Source of the DNA: a virus
IMG/VR virus record: IMGVR_UViG_3300029448_000001
Coordinates: 32,001 to 96,000 of that record
Reading direction: 5' to 3' (one strand)
DNA: 64,000 nt
Positions 46,908 through 55,426 of this stretch are shown in pieces. Positions within the stretch are counted from its first letter, which is position 1, and the number at the start of each line of letters is the position of its first letter. A model generated the notes under the pieces. It searched no databases. It saw only the letters and a program-made list of their open reading frames with translations, and had not been told where the DNA came from. The position numbers and the translations under genes are program-made.

Positions 46908-47852
46908 ATGCTACAAGATATTTTATGGGTCGAAAAATATCGACCTAAAAAAATTGATGATGTAATTTTACCTAAAGAGTTAAAAAAAACTTTTGTTAAG
47001 TTTGTAGAGCAAAAAGAAATACCAAACTTAATTTTATCTGGTGGTTCTGGTGTAGGTAAAACTACTATAGCTAGAGCCATGCTGGAAGAGTTGAATGCAA
47101 ATTATATTGTTATCAATGGTTCTTTACATGGGAATATTGATACGTTGCGTAATGACATTCAGAACTTTGCATCTACTATGTCTTTTACAGGCGATAGAAA
47201 GTATGTAATCTTAGATGAAGGCGATTATTTAAATGCTCAAAGCACTCAACCTGCATTGAGAAATTTTATGGAAGAGTTTTCATCTAATTGCGGTTTTATT
47301 ATTACTTGTAATTTTTTAAATAGAATTATAAAACCTCTTCATAGTAGATGTTCAGTTATAAATTTTACTATTCAATCTAAGCAAAAGGCAAAACTTGCTT
47401 TTAGTTTTTTAAATAGATTAAAAAATATTCTTTCATTAGAAAATATTTCTTATGATGAAAAAGTTTTGGCACAACTAATCATGAAGTATTTTCCTGATTG
47501 GAGAAGAGTTTTAAATGAGTGCCAAAGACATTCTTACAGCGGTAGTATAAATGATGAAATTTTAAGTAATGTAAAAGATGTTTCATTGGATTCTTTAGTT
47601 AAGGCAATGAAAGAAAAAAATTTTTCGTCAATGAGAAAATGGGTTTCTGAAAATTTAGATAATGATGTAAACGAAATTTTTAAAAATTTATATGAAAGAT
47701 TTATTAAGAATATAAAACCTAATTCCGTTCCTCAGTTTATTTTACATTTAGCAAAATATCAATATCAATCTGCTTTTGTGGCAGACCAAGAAGTTAATAT
47801 AGTTGCTTTATTGACTGAAGTTATGGCAGACTGTGAGGTTATTAATGAATAA
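46908..47852 (+). CDS. gp44: Clamp loader large subunit
   Basis: WVEKYRP, GVGKTT, ILDEGD, LHSRC, FPDWRR. Confidence 0.95.
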   Translation: MLQDILWVEKYRPKKIDDVILPKELKKTFVKFVEQKEIPNLILSGGSGVGKTTIARAMLEELNANYIVINGSLHGNIDTLRNDIQNFASTMSFTGDRKYVILDEGDYLNAQSTQPALRNFMEEFSSNCGFIITCNFLNRIIKPLHSRCSVINFTIQSKQKAKLAFSFLNRLKNILSLENISYDEKVLAQLIMKYFPDWRRVLNECQRHSYSGSINDEILSNVKDVSLDSLVKAMKEKNFSSMRKWVSENLDNDVNEIFKNLYERFIKNIKPNSVPQFILHLAKYQYQSAFVADQEVNIVALLTEVMADCEVINE

Positions 47853-48306
47853 AGACGTAAAGATGCAAATGTTAGGTCAGTTAGGTGAAGCCATAGTTCA
47901 AAATTATTTACAAGATATAGGACATAATGTAAGAAAGTCGGTAAATACTTTTGACCATGAAAAAGATTTTACTGTAGACGGAAGACCAATAGAGGTAAAA
48001 ACTCAAGTTCCTTTCTTCTCAGAAAGTGCATTTACAGTTAAGCCTAATCAATTACCAAAATGTCGTAATGTTGATATGTTATTTTTTGTGGCAGTACCAA
48101 ATACAAAAGGTACGTATAAGGATTTTTATGGTGGTCGGGTTTATCAAGTTGATCCTAAAAAGGCGAGATGGAAAACAAGAACGGTATCTGGTACGAGAAG
48201 AATGAAAATTCTGCCTATTGAACAAGATGCAGTTCAGTTAGTACATACAATTTTAGATAAAAGTATTTTAAGGCAAATGGAAGAACTATCCGTGAGTGAA
48301 ATATAA
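47845..48306 (+). CDS. Putative PD-(D/E)xK nuclease
   Basis: GQLGEAIVQNYL...KDFTVDGRPIEVKT; inserted between gp44 and gp62. Confidence 0.55.
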   Translation: MNKDVKMQMLGQLGEAIVQNYLQDIGHNVRKSVNTFDHEKDFTVDGRPIEVKTQVPFFSESAFTVKPNQLPKCRNVDMLFFVAVPNTKGTYKDFYGGRVYQVDPKKARWKTRTVSGTRRMKILPIEQDAVQLVHTILDKSILRQMEELSVSEI

Positions 48307-48668
48307 TGAATGTTTTTGATTATTTAAATTCTATCAATCATAATAAAACTGATTTGGTGAAAAGTGAAAAGTTTGATGAAAAAGAATATAATCCTTTTAT
48401 AGTAAACAAAGGACTATCCTATTTTATTGATACCATAATATTCGCTAATGATATGAATATGTCTTTTGATTTGAATAAAAAGGCACAATATTTGTATTTG
48501 CTAAATAGTGTTAGACCTAGAAAAAGATATTCTAAATGGTTTAAAAAAGATAAAGCGAAAGATGTTGAGTGGATTTCCGAACACTATGGTTATAGTCATA
48601 AAAAGTCAAAAGAAATCCTAGAAGTTTTAAACAAAAAACAAATTTCGCTAATAAAGGAACAACACTAA
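48306..48668 (+). CDS. gp62: Clamp loader small subunit
   Basis: DYLNSIN, YNPFIVNKGLS, RKRYSKW, YGYS. Confidence 0.92.
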   Translation: MNVFDYLNSINHNKTDLVKSEKFDEKEYNPFIVNKGLSYFIDTIIFANDMNMSFDLNKKAQYLYLLNSVRPRKRYSKWFKKDKAKDVEWISEHYGYSHKKSKEILEVLNKKQISLIKEQH

Positions 48669-48679
48669 GAAAGAATGCT

Positions 48680-49087
48680 ATGATTGGAGTAGAGAATTTA
48701 CTAGAAGTTGAATTAGTTAAAGAAGATGATTTTTTAAAAGTACGGGAAACTCTTACTAGAATAGGTGTGGCTTCCAGAAAAGATAAGACTCTTTATCAGT
48801 CTTGCCACATATTACATAAGAGAGGTAAATATTACATAGTACATTTTAAAGAGTTGTTTGGGTTAGATGGGAAATCTACAGATTTTACGGATAATGATTT
48901 ATCTAGAAGAAATGCAATAACTAAATTACTAGCAGAGTGGAATCTAGTGCAAATTGTTAATGAAAATATAAAAGAGGAGCCTGTTGCACCTTTATCACAA
49001 ATAAAGATTATATCTCATAAAGATAAAGATGAATGGAATTTGGTTGCTAAGTATAATATAGGTAAAAAAAGAGAAAACTTGTCTTGA
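48680..49087 (+). CDS. regA: Translational repressor
   Basis: DDFLKVRETLTRIGVAS, LYQSCHILHK, HFKELF. Confidence 0.96.
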   Translation: MIGVENLLEVELVKEDDFLKVRETLTRIGVASRKDKTLYQSCHILHKRGKYYIVHFKELFGLDGKSTDFTDNDLSRRNAITKLLAEWNLVQIVNENIKEEPVAPLSQIKIISHKDKDEWNLVAKYNIGKKRENLS

Positions 49088-49118
49088 TTTTATAATATTT
49101 TTTTTGTAGAGTATAGTT

Positions 49119-49331
49119 ATGGCTAATAATAAAAAAGTTTATGATTGCGATTTGCACTTGAGAATCACAAAAAAACAAAGAGATGCATTAGACTTTGTGG
49201 CTGACCAGAAAAATGTCAGGCCTTCTCAAGTTGTGAGAGAAATCTTGAATCAATCTCTTCCTAATTTAGAGAGAGATGTAAGAACCCAGAAGGGTGTAGT
49301 AGTTGATCCATTGAGTGGTATTTTTTCTTAA
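49119..49331 (+). CDS. Ribbon-helix-helix-like DNA-binding protein
   Basis: LHLRITKKQRDALDFVA...PSQVVREIL; promoter TTGATT-N17-TAGAGT at 49084-49112. Confidence 0.6.
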   Translation: MANNKKVYDCDLHLRITKKQRDALDFVADQKNVRPSQVVREILNQSLPNLERDVRTQKGVVVDPLSGIFS

Positions 49332-49352
49332 TTTTATATCATAGGAGTCTTT

Positions 49353-49553
49353 ATGAAAAAGCTGTCCCAGTTTCAAAAAGTCCTCAGTTACTTGCGAGGC
49401 AAAAAACGTACTTTGACAAGGTCTCAAGCCATGCAAAGATTCAAGGTCAAAAATTTACCTGCTAGAATTAGTGAAATAAGACAAGCTGGTTATAAGGTAA
49501 ATAAAGTGAAAAATAGAGTAGGAACAACTGCATATTCTATAGTTTCACGCTAA
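49353..49553 (+). CDS. Small winged-helix DNA-binding protein
   Basis: SQFQKVLSYL...LTRSQA..RF.V.NLPARISEIRQAGY. Confidence 0.7.
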   Translation: MKKLSQFQKVLSYLRGKKRTLTRSQAMQRFKVKNLPARISEIRQAGYKVNKVKNRVGTTAYSIVSR

Positions 49554-49560
49554 TTTTTGT

Positions 49561-49635
49561 TATAAATAAAAGCGATACGCCTACCAAGGGTATCGCTTTT
49601 TATTTTATTAACTCGCTTAATTTAAGGAGACTATT
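49561..49635 (+). promoter_or_regulatory. hsp20 leader: late promoter, terminator-like hairpin and ROSE-like SD-sequestering hairpin
   Basis: TATAAATA; AAAAGCGATAC/GTATCGCTTTT stem; CTC-G-CTTA pairs with TAAG-GAG. Confidence 0.65.
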
Positions 49636-50121
49636 ATGACAAACCTAGCATTACAGCCTTTTGGCGATGTCTTTGACAAATTCTCAAAATCTTTTATTGG
49701 TAGTGATTCAGTTTATGATAATATGCATAAACTTCATGATGACTTAACCAAAAATATTCCAAACTATCCCCCTTATAACATTCGTAAGGTTGAAGATAAT
49801 AAGTATGTTATCGAACTTGCTTTGGCAGGATTCGCAAAACAAGACTTAGAAATTCTTCTAGAAGAGAATATGCTAAAGATTACAGGAAAAACTGTTGAAG
49901 ATTCCTCGGAAAACTTCTTATTCAAAGGAATAGCAAATAGAACTTTCACTCGCTCCTTTGCTCTTGATGAACAAGTTGAAGTAAAAGATGCAGAGATGTT
50001 GAATGGGTTGCTTAAAGTTTTTCTGGAAAGAATTATTCCAGAACATAAGAAACCTAGAAAGATTGATGTTAAAGATGAAAATGGTGAGGTTGCAAGTTCT
50101 AAGAAAATAGAAAAGAAGTAG
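49636..50121 (+). CDS. hsp20: Small heat shock protein (Hsp20/IbpA-like)
   Basis: NYPPYNI, IELALAGF, KGIANRTFTRSF, NGLL, IPEHKKPRKI. Confidence 0.95.
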   Translation: MTNLALQPFGDVFDKFSKSFIGSDSVYDNMHKLHDDLTKNIPNYPPYNIRKVEDNKYVIELALAGFAKQDLEILLEENMLKITGKTVEDSSENFLFKGIANRTFTRSFALDEQVEVKDAEMLNGLLKVFLERIIPEHKKPRKIDVKDENGEVASSKKIEKK

Positions 50122-50123
50122 CC

Positions 50124-50156
50124 AAAAGGGGAACAACAATGTTCCCCTTTTTTATT
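50124..50156. terminator. Bidirectional intrinsic terminator between convergent hsp20 and pqqA
   Basis: AAAAGGGGAACA-ACAA-TGTTCCCCTTTTTT. Confidence 0.85.
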
Positions 50157-50228
50157 TTAAGTAGAAGCAATATACATAGTAACTTCAAACCCAAATCGCA
50201 AATCAGTAGCAGTAGGTTTTGTCCACAT
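50157..50228 (-). CDS. pqqA: Pyrroloquinoline quinone precursor peptide (23 aa, not in ORF track)
   Basis: Translates to MWTKPTATDLRFGFEVTMYIAST; W-x-K-P, D-x-R-x-G-x-E-V-T-x-Y with ExxxY core; SD AAAGGA upstream. Confidence 0.92.
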   Translation of the reverse strand: MWTKPTATDLRFGFEVTMYIAST

Positions 50229-50352
50229 GTTTTTTCCTTTTAAAAAGTTAGTATTGATATGAGTAATAGACTCATGTACAATATGTATATGACTTTTTAA
50301 AATAATCGTCTAATGAAAAGTATGAGTTTTAACAAAATAAGTATAAACACTA

Positions 50353-52833
50353 ATGAAATTTTACACTAACTTTTTAAGATATGGTAATCGAATTTTTATT
50401 CGAGGCTATAGTAATGGAAAACAATTCAGCGATAAAGTTGAATATAATCCTGTCCTATACTTTCCTACAAAAGAAAAAACTAAATTCAAAACCTTACAAG
50501 GTGAATATGTAAAACCTGTTCCTCAAGCAAATATTAAAAGTGCATTAGAAGTTATTAAGAATTATAATGAGATAGAAAATTATCAAGTCTACGGTTCTAC
50601 TAATTTTCCTTATGTTTATATAAATGAAACGTATACAGGAAAAGTAAATTATGATGTATCTCAAATAAAAATAGCTAATATAGATATTGAAGTTGCTTCC
50701 GAAAATGGATTTCCTGATGTTGACTTTGCTTGTGAAGAGGTAACAGCAATTACAATTAAACTGAAAGATATTTTTTATGTATTTGGTTGTGATGAATATT
50801 CTAACAATAAAGATAATGTAAAATATTATAAATGTGATTCGGAATCTGATTTATTAAAAAAGTTTTTAAAATTATGGTGTCAACATAGTCCTGATGTAAT
50901 TACAGGTTGGAATGTAAGATTTTTTGATATTCCTTATTTGCACAATCGTATGTGTAAAATTTTAGGAGAATCCGAAACTAAAAATTTATCACCATGGAAA
51001 ATAGTTGAAGCTGATAATATATTCATTAGAGGTAGTGAGCAAAAATCATATAACATTTATGGCGTAACAACTTTAGATTATTATGAACTTTATAAAAAGT
51101 TTACATATACTCAACAAGAAAGTTATAAATTAGACCATATTGCTTTTGTAGAGTTAGGTGAAAAAAAATTAGATTATTCTGAATATGAATCCTTACATAC
51201 TTTGTATAAAAATGATTATCAGAAATTTATTGATTATAATATAAAAGATGTAGAGTTGGTTGATAAGCTAGAATCAAAAATGAAACTTTTAGAACTTGCT
51301 TTTGCTTTGGCTTATGATGCTAAAACTAATTTTGTTGATGTGTTTACTCAAGTAAGAATGTGGGATTGCCTAATTCATAATTATTTAATTAATAAAAATA
51401 TTGTTGTTCCTCAAAAAAGAGTTACAAGAAAAGACGTACAGTATGCAGGTGCGTATGTAAAAGATCCTATAGTTGGTATGCACGATTGGATTGCTTCTTT
51501 TGATTTGAATAGTTTGTACCCTCATTTAATTATGCAATATAATATTTCACCTGAAACAATCATGTCTAATACGGATATGCCTACAGATATTGAGTATTAT
51601 CTAAAAGAATCTAATGAAATAAAAAAAAGTAAATATTGTGTTGCGGCAAATGGTACTTGTTTTTCCAAAACAAAACAAGGATTCTTACCTGAGATGATGG
51701 AAAGTATGTATGGTGAAAGGTCTGAGTATAAAAAGAAAATGATTTTAGCTGAAAAAGAATATGAAAAAACTAAAGATAAAAGTTTAGTTAATGATATCTC
51801 TAGATACAAGAATATTCAAATGGCAAAAAAGATTCAACTAAATTCAGCTTATGGTGCCTTAGGTAATGAGTATTTTAGATTTTTTGATGTTAGACAAGCT
51901 GAAGCAATTACGTTGTCAGGTCAGTTAAGTATTAGATGGATTGCTAATGATTTAAATAGATATTTAAATAATTTATTAAAGACAGAGGATAACGATTATG
52001 TTATAGCCTCTGATACTGATTCCGTTTATATAAACTTTGGACCATTAGTTTCAAAAGTTTTTAAGAATGAAACTGATAAAAATAAAATTGTAGATTTTTT
52101 AGATAAAGCATGTTCCGAAAAAATAGAACCATTCATTGACAACTCTTATGAAAAATTAGCGAAAAGACAAAATGCTTTTTCGCAAAAGATGATTATGAAA
52201 AGAGAAGTTATATGCGATAAAGGAATATGGACAGCTAAGAAAAGATATATTTTAAATGTTTGGGATAGTGAAGGTGTAAGATATGGCTCTGCAAAATTAA
52301 AAATGTCGGGTATAGAGGCCGTTAAGTCGTCAACGCCTTATGCATGTAGAGAGAAGATTAAAGATGCTCTCAATGTTGTTATGAATGGTAATGAAAATGA
52401 ATTTCATTCTTTTGTTGAAAAAACTAAAAACGAATTTAAAAAGTTATCTTTTGAAGATATTGCCTTTCCTAGAAGTGTATCTAATATTAATAAATTTAAA
52501 GACAAAGCACACATTTATGGTAAAGGTACTCCTATTCATGTTAGAGGTGCATTATTATTCAACACATTAGTAAACAAGAATAAATTAGAAAAGAAATATG
52601 AACTTATACGAAATGGGAATAAAGTTAAATTTTGTTATTTAAAACTTCCTAATCCTATTCAAGAAAATGTTTTAGCTATAAATAACATATTACCTAAAGA
52701 ATTTAAACTTGAAGAATATATTGATTATCAACTACAATTTGAAAAGGCATTTTTAGAGCCTTTAAATATCATTGTGGATAAGATTGATTGGACAACAGAA
52801 AAAGTAAATACACTAGAGGGGTTTTTCTCATGA
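50353..52833 (+). CDS. gp43: Family B DNA polymerase
   Basis: DIE ExoI, FDLNSLYP, KIQLNSAYG, SDTDS, KKRY. Confidence 0.97.
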   Translation: MKFYTNFLRYGNRIFIRGYSNGKQFSDKVEYNPVLYFPTKEKTKFKTLQGEYVKPVPQANIKSALEVIKNYNEIENYQVYGSTNFPYVYINETYTGKVNYDVSQIKIANIDIEVASENGFPDVDFACEEVTAITIKLKDIFYVFGCDEYSNNKDNVKYYKCDSESDLLKKFLKLWCQHSPDVITGWNVRFFDIPYLHNRMCKILGESETKNLSPWKIVEADNIFIRGSEQKSYNIYGVTTLDYYELYKKFTYTQQESYKLDHIAFVELGEKKLDYSEYESLHTLYKNDYQKFIDYNIKDVELVDKLESKMKLLELAFALAYDAKTNFVDVFTQVRMWDCLIHNYLINKNIVVPQKRVTRKDVQYAGAYVKDPIVGMHDWIASFDLNSLYPHLIMQYNISPETIMSNTDMPTDIEYYLKESNEIKKSKYCVAANGTCFSKTKQGFLPEMMESMYGERSEYKKKMILAEKEYEKTKDKSLVNDISRYKNIQMAKKIQLNSAYGALGNEYFRFFDVRQAEAITLSGQLSIRWIANDLNRYLNNLLKTEDNDYVIASDTDSVYINFGPLVSKVFKNETDKNKIVDFLDKACSEKIEPFIDNSYEKLAKRQNAFSQKMIMKREVICDKGIWTAKKRYILNVWDSEGVRYGSAKLKMSGIEAVKSSTPYACREKIKDALNVVMNGNENEFHSFVEKTKNEFKKLSFEDIAFPRSVSNINKFKDKAHIYGKGTPIHVRGALLFNTLVNKNKLEKKYELIRNGNKVKFCYLKLPNPIQENVLAINNILPKEFKLEEYIDYQLQFEKAFLEPLNIIVDKIDWTTEKVNTLEGFFS

Positions 52834-53237
52834 GCATAAGAAACATACCAGAAGAATATTTAAAATTTAGAAAAGAAGATGATTATGGATTTAGTGCTGT
52901 AGATGAATCATCACTTCAGACTACAGTAAATCCTGATACATTGGAAACTGAAGTTATTGCAAACTCGATTTCTACATCTAATGAAAACATATCAAAGTTA
53001 GAAAATAAAATAGATGGCATCATGAATCTTTATAATAAAAATAAATTAGGATTAGATGCTGAAAGAAAACAAATGCAAGAGGAAGTTGCATCTAAACTTG
53101 TTAAGTTAGAACAGCTAATTATGCCTTTGTTAGTAAATTTAATGAAGAATCCTGAGAAAGAATATATTTACTGGCCTAACAGAATTGAAAAGTTGCAAGA
53201 ACAAGTAGATAAAGTTTTAGAATTGACTAGAGATTAA
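52830..53237 (+). CDS. Conserved hypothetical protein
   Basis: DYGFSAVDE, PLLVNLMKNPEKEYIYWPNR; ATG at 52830 overlaps the gp43 stop. Confidence 0.7.
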   Translation: MSIRNIPEEYLKFRKEDDYGFSAVDESSLQTTVNPDTLETEVIANSISTSNENISKLENKIDGIMNLYNKNKLGLDAERKQMQEEVASKLVKLEQLIMPLLVNLMKNPEKEYIYWPNRIEKLQEQVDKVLELTRD

Positions 53238-53240
53238 ATT

Positions 53241-54071
53241 ATGTTTTTTGTTATATTGATGTTGCTTAGTGCATTATCAGTTTCGGCAGTTGCGGCATAT
53301 TATTCTATTATAGGACTTATTGCAATATTTGCCGCTAGCCCTGGACCTATAGCTATTATGGGAGCATCTTTAGAGGTAGCTAAACTCATAACCGCTAGTT
53401 GGTTATATAAGAACTGGGATAACGCACCTAGGATAATGAAATATTATTTTACATTAGCAGTGGTTATTCTAGTGTTTATAACATCAGTAGGAATATTTGG
53501 ATTTCTTTCAAAGGCACACCTAGAGGCAAATTTAGATGTAGGAGAAACTTCAGTACAATTAAAAATATTAAAAGAGCGTGAGTCAATGCTAAATGAGAGA
53601 TTACAATATCTTTACAAAAAAGCAGGTGACGATCCTGAAAAAATAGCTAGAGCAACAAATAAAGCCATCTTAGAAACTCAAGATGATTTGCAAAAAATTA
53701 AACTTGAACAGTTGCCTTTGATGAGAGAAGAAAATAAACAGATGGCAGAAGTAGGACCTTTGAAGTACATAGCGGAATTAATTTATGGTGATGATGTGGA
53801 ATCGCACTTTGATTCTGCTGTTAGATTTGTTATAATATTATTAGTATTTGTATTTGACCCATTAGCAGTTTTACTAATTGTAGCATCAAATTATTCACTA
53901 AAACAGATAAGAGGAGAGTTGCCTCCACCAGTAAAAACACCATCAAATGCAGTAGTAAAAAAACAAACAACAAGGAAAAAAAGAGTAAGAAAAAAAATAG
54001 GTGCTTCTACACCATGGCCAGTACCTGTTGATAAAAATGAGTTGAAAGAGTTACGAGATAAAATTTCTTAA
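53241..54071 (+). CDS. Multi-pass membrane protein with coiled-coil loop
   Basis: Hydrophobic segments; [34 protein letters not shown]. Confidence 0.75.
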   Translation: MFFVILMLLSALSVSAVAAYYSIIGLIAIFAASPGPIAIMGASLEVAKLITASWLYKNWDNAPRIMKYYFTLAVVILVFITSVGIFGFLSKAHLEANLDVGETSVQLKILKERESMLNERLQYLYKKAGDDPEKIARATNKAILETQDDLQKIKLEQLPLMREENKQMAEVGPLKYIAELIYGDDVESHFDSAVRFVIILLVFVFDPLAVLLIVASNYSLKQIRGELPPPVKTPSNAVVKKQTTRKKRVRKKIGASTPWPVPVDKNELKELRDKIS

Positions 54072-54081
54072 AAGGATAGTT

Positions 54082-55128
54082 ATGAATTTTTTTACAAATT
54101 TAGTTGAGCAGTTAAAAGATGAAGATACCACAATTGCCAGTTTAGAAAACTCTTCTTCAGAGTTTAGTGGATATATTGATACAGGTTCGTATGCACTTAA
54201 TGCCTTGCTGTCGGGAACAATTCACGGGGGAGTTCCTAATAATAAAGTTACAACATTTGCAGGCGAATCAGCTACGGGTAAAACATTTTTTGTTTTAGGC
54301 GTAGCAAAAAGATTTTTAGAAGATAATCCTGAAGGTGGTGTGGTTTATTTTGATACCGAAGCCGCAGTTACAAATAAAATGATGACTCAACGAGGTATTG
54401 ATACGAGCAGAGTTGTTATATCTGAACCAGATACAATTCAAAAATTTAGGCATACAGCACTTCAAATTATACAAAAATATTCTGAGCAACCTGAAGATAA
54501 AAGAAAACCTATGATTATGATTTTAGATTCTTTGGGTCAGTTGTCTTCCACAAAAGAAATGGAAGATACTTCTGAGGGGAAAGAAACCAGAGATATGACT
54601 AAATCACAAACTCTTAAGGCTACATTTAGAGTTTTAAACTTAAAGTTAGCTAAAGTAAATGTTCCGTTGATGGTTACTAATCATGTATATGATGTTGTAG
54701 GTTCTTATATCCCAATGAAAGAAATGTCAGGTGGTAGTGGTCTTAAATATACAGCTAGTACTATTGTATATTTGACTAAGAAAAAAGAAAAAGACGGAAC
54801 TGAAATAATAGGAAATATTGTGAAAGCAAAACTCCACAAAAGCAGAATCACAAAAGAAAATAAAATAATAGAAACTAAACTTACTTACGATAAAGGTTTA
54901 GATAGGTATTATGGTTTACTAGATATAGCTGAAAAGTATGACATAATAAAAAAAGTTTCTACACGATATGAATTGCCTGATGGAACAAAAGTATTCGGAA
55001 AAGCAATAAATCAATCACCTGAAAAATATTTTACTGAAGATATTTTACAAAAAATAGATGATGTTTGTAAACAAGAATTTTTGTATGGGCATGAAACTGT
55101 AGGAGAAGAAGATGAAGCCATTGTTTAA
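54082..55128 (+). CDS. uvsX: RecA-like recombinase
   Basis: [31 protein letters not shown]. Confidence 0.94.
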   Translation: MNFFTNLVEQLKDEDTTIASLENSSSEFSGYIDTGSYALNALLSGTIHGGVPNNKVTTFAGESATGKTFFVLGVAKRFLEDNPEGGVVYFDTEAAVTNKMMTQRGIDTSRVVISEPDTIQKFRHTALQIIQKYSEQPEDKRKPMIMILDSLGQLSSTKEMEDTSEGKETRDMTKSQTLKATFRVLNLKLAKVNVPLMVTNHVYDVVGSYIPMKEMSGGSGLKYTASTIVYLTKKKEKDGTEIIGNIVKAKLHKSRITKENKIIETKLTYDKGLDRYYGLLDIAEKYDIIKKVSTRYELPDGTKVFGKAINQSPEKYFTEDILQKIDDVCKQEFLYGHETVGEEDEAIV

Positions 55129-55426
55129 ATTAACTGAGTTTGATTCAAAAAGAAATACGACTATCATAAAAATAGAAGAGCCTGAGTTTAAAGATATAGA
55201 TTTTTATTTTAATGCTATCAAACCTGCTAAAGAACCTAATGAAGATGGTACATATACTATTTCTTTTGAATATGAAACAATAAATCAAAATGAAAATGTT
55301 GAAGCTACTTTTGATGATGAAAAGAAAAAAAGATTTGAAAATGTATTGGGAAATATATTAAACTCTATATTAGAAGAAAATTTACTAGAAATAAATTCAA
55401 AGGAAACGAATGGACTTAGAACATAA
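55112..55426 (+). CDS. Hypothetical protein at the gp40 (head vertex chaperone) position
   Basis: Synteny between uvsX and gp41; FENVLGNIL helix. Confidence 0.5.
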   Translation: MKPLFKLTEFDSKRNTTIIKIEEPEFKDIDFYFNAIKPAKEPNEDGTYTISFEYETINQNENVEATFDDEKKKRFENVLGNILNSILEENLLEINSKETNGLRT

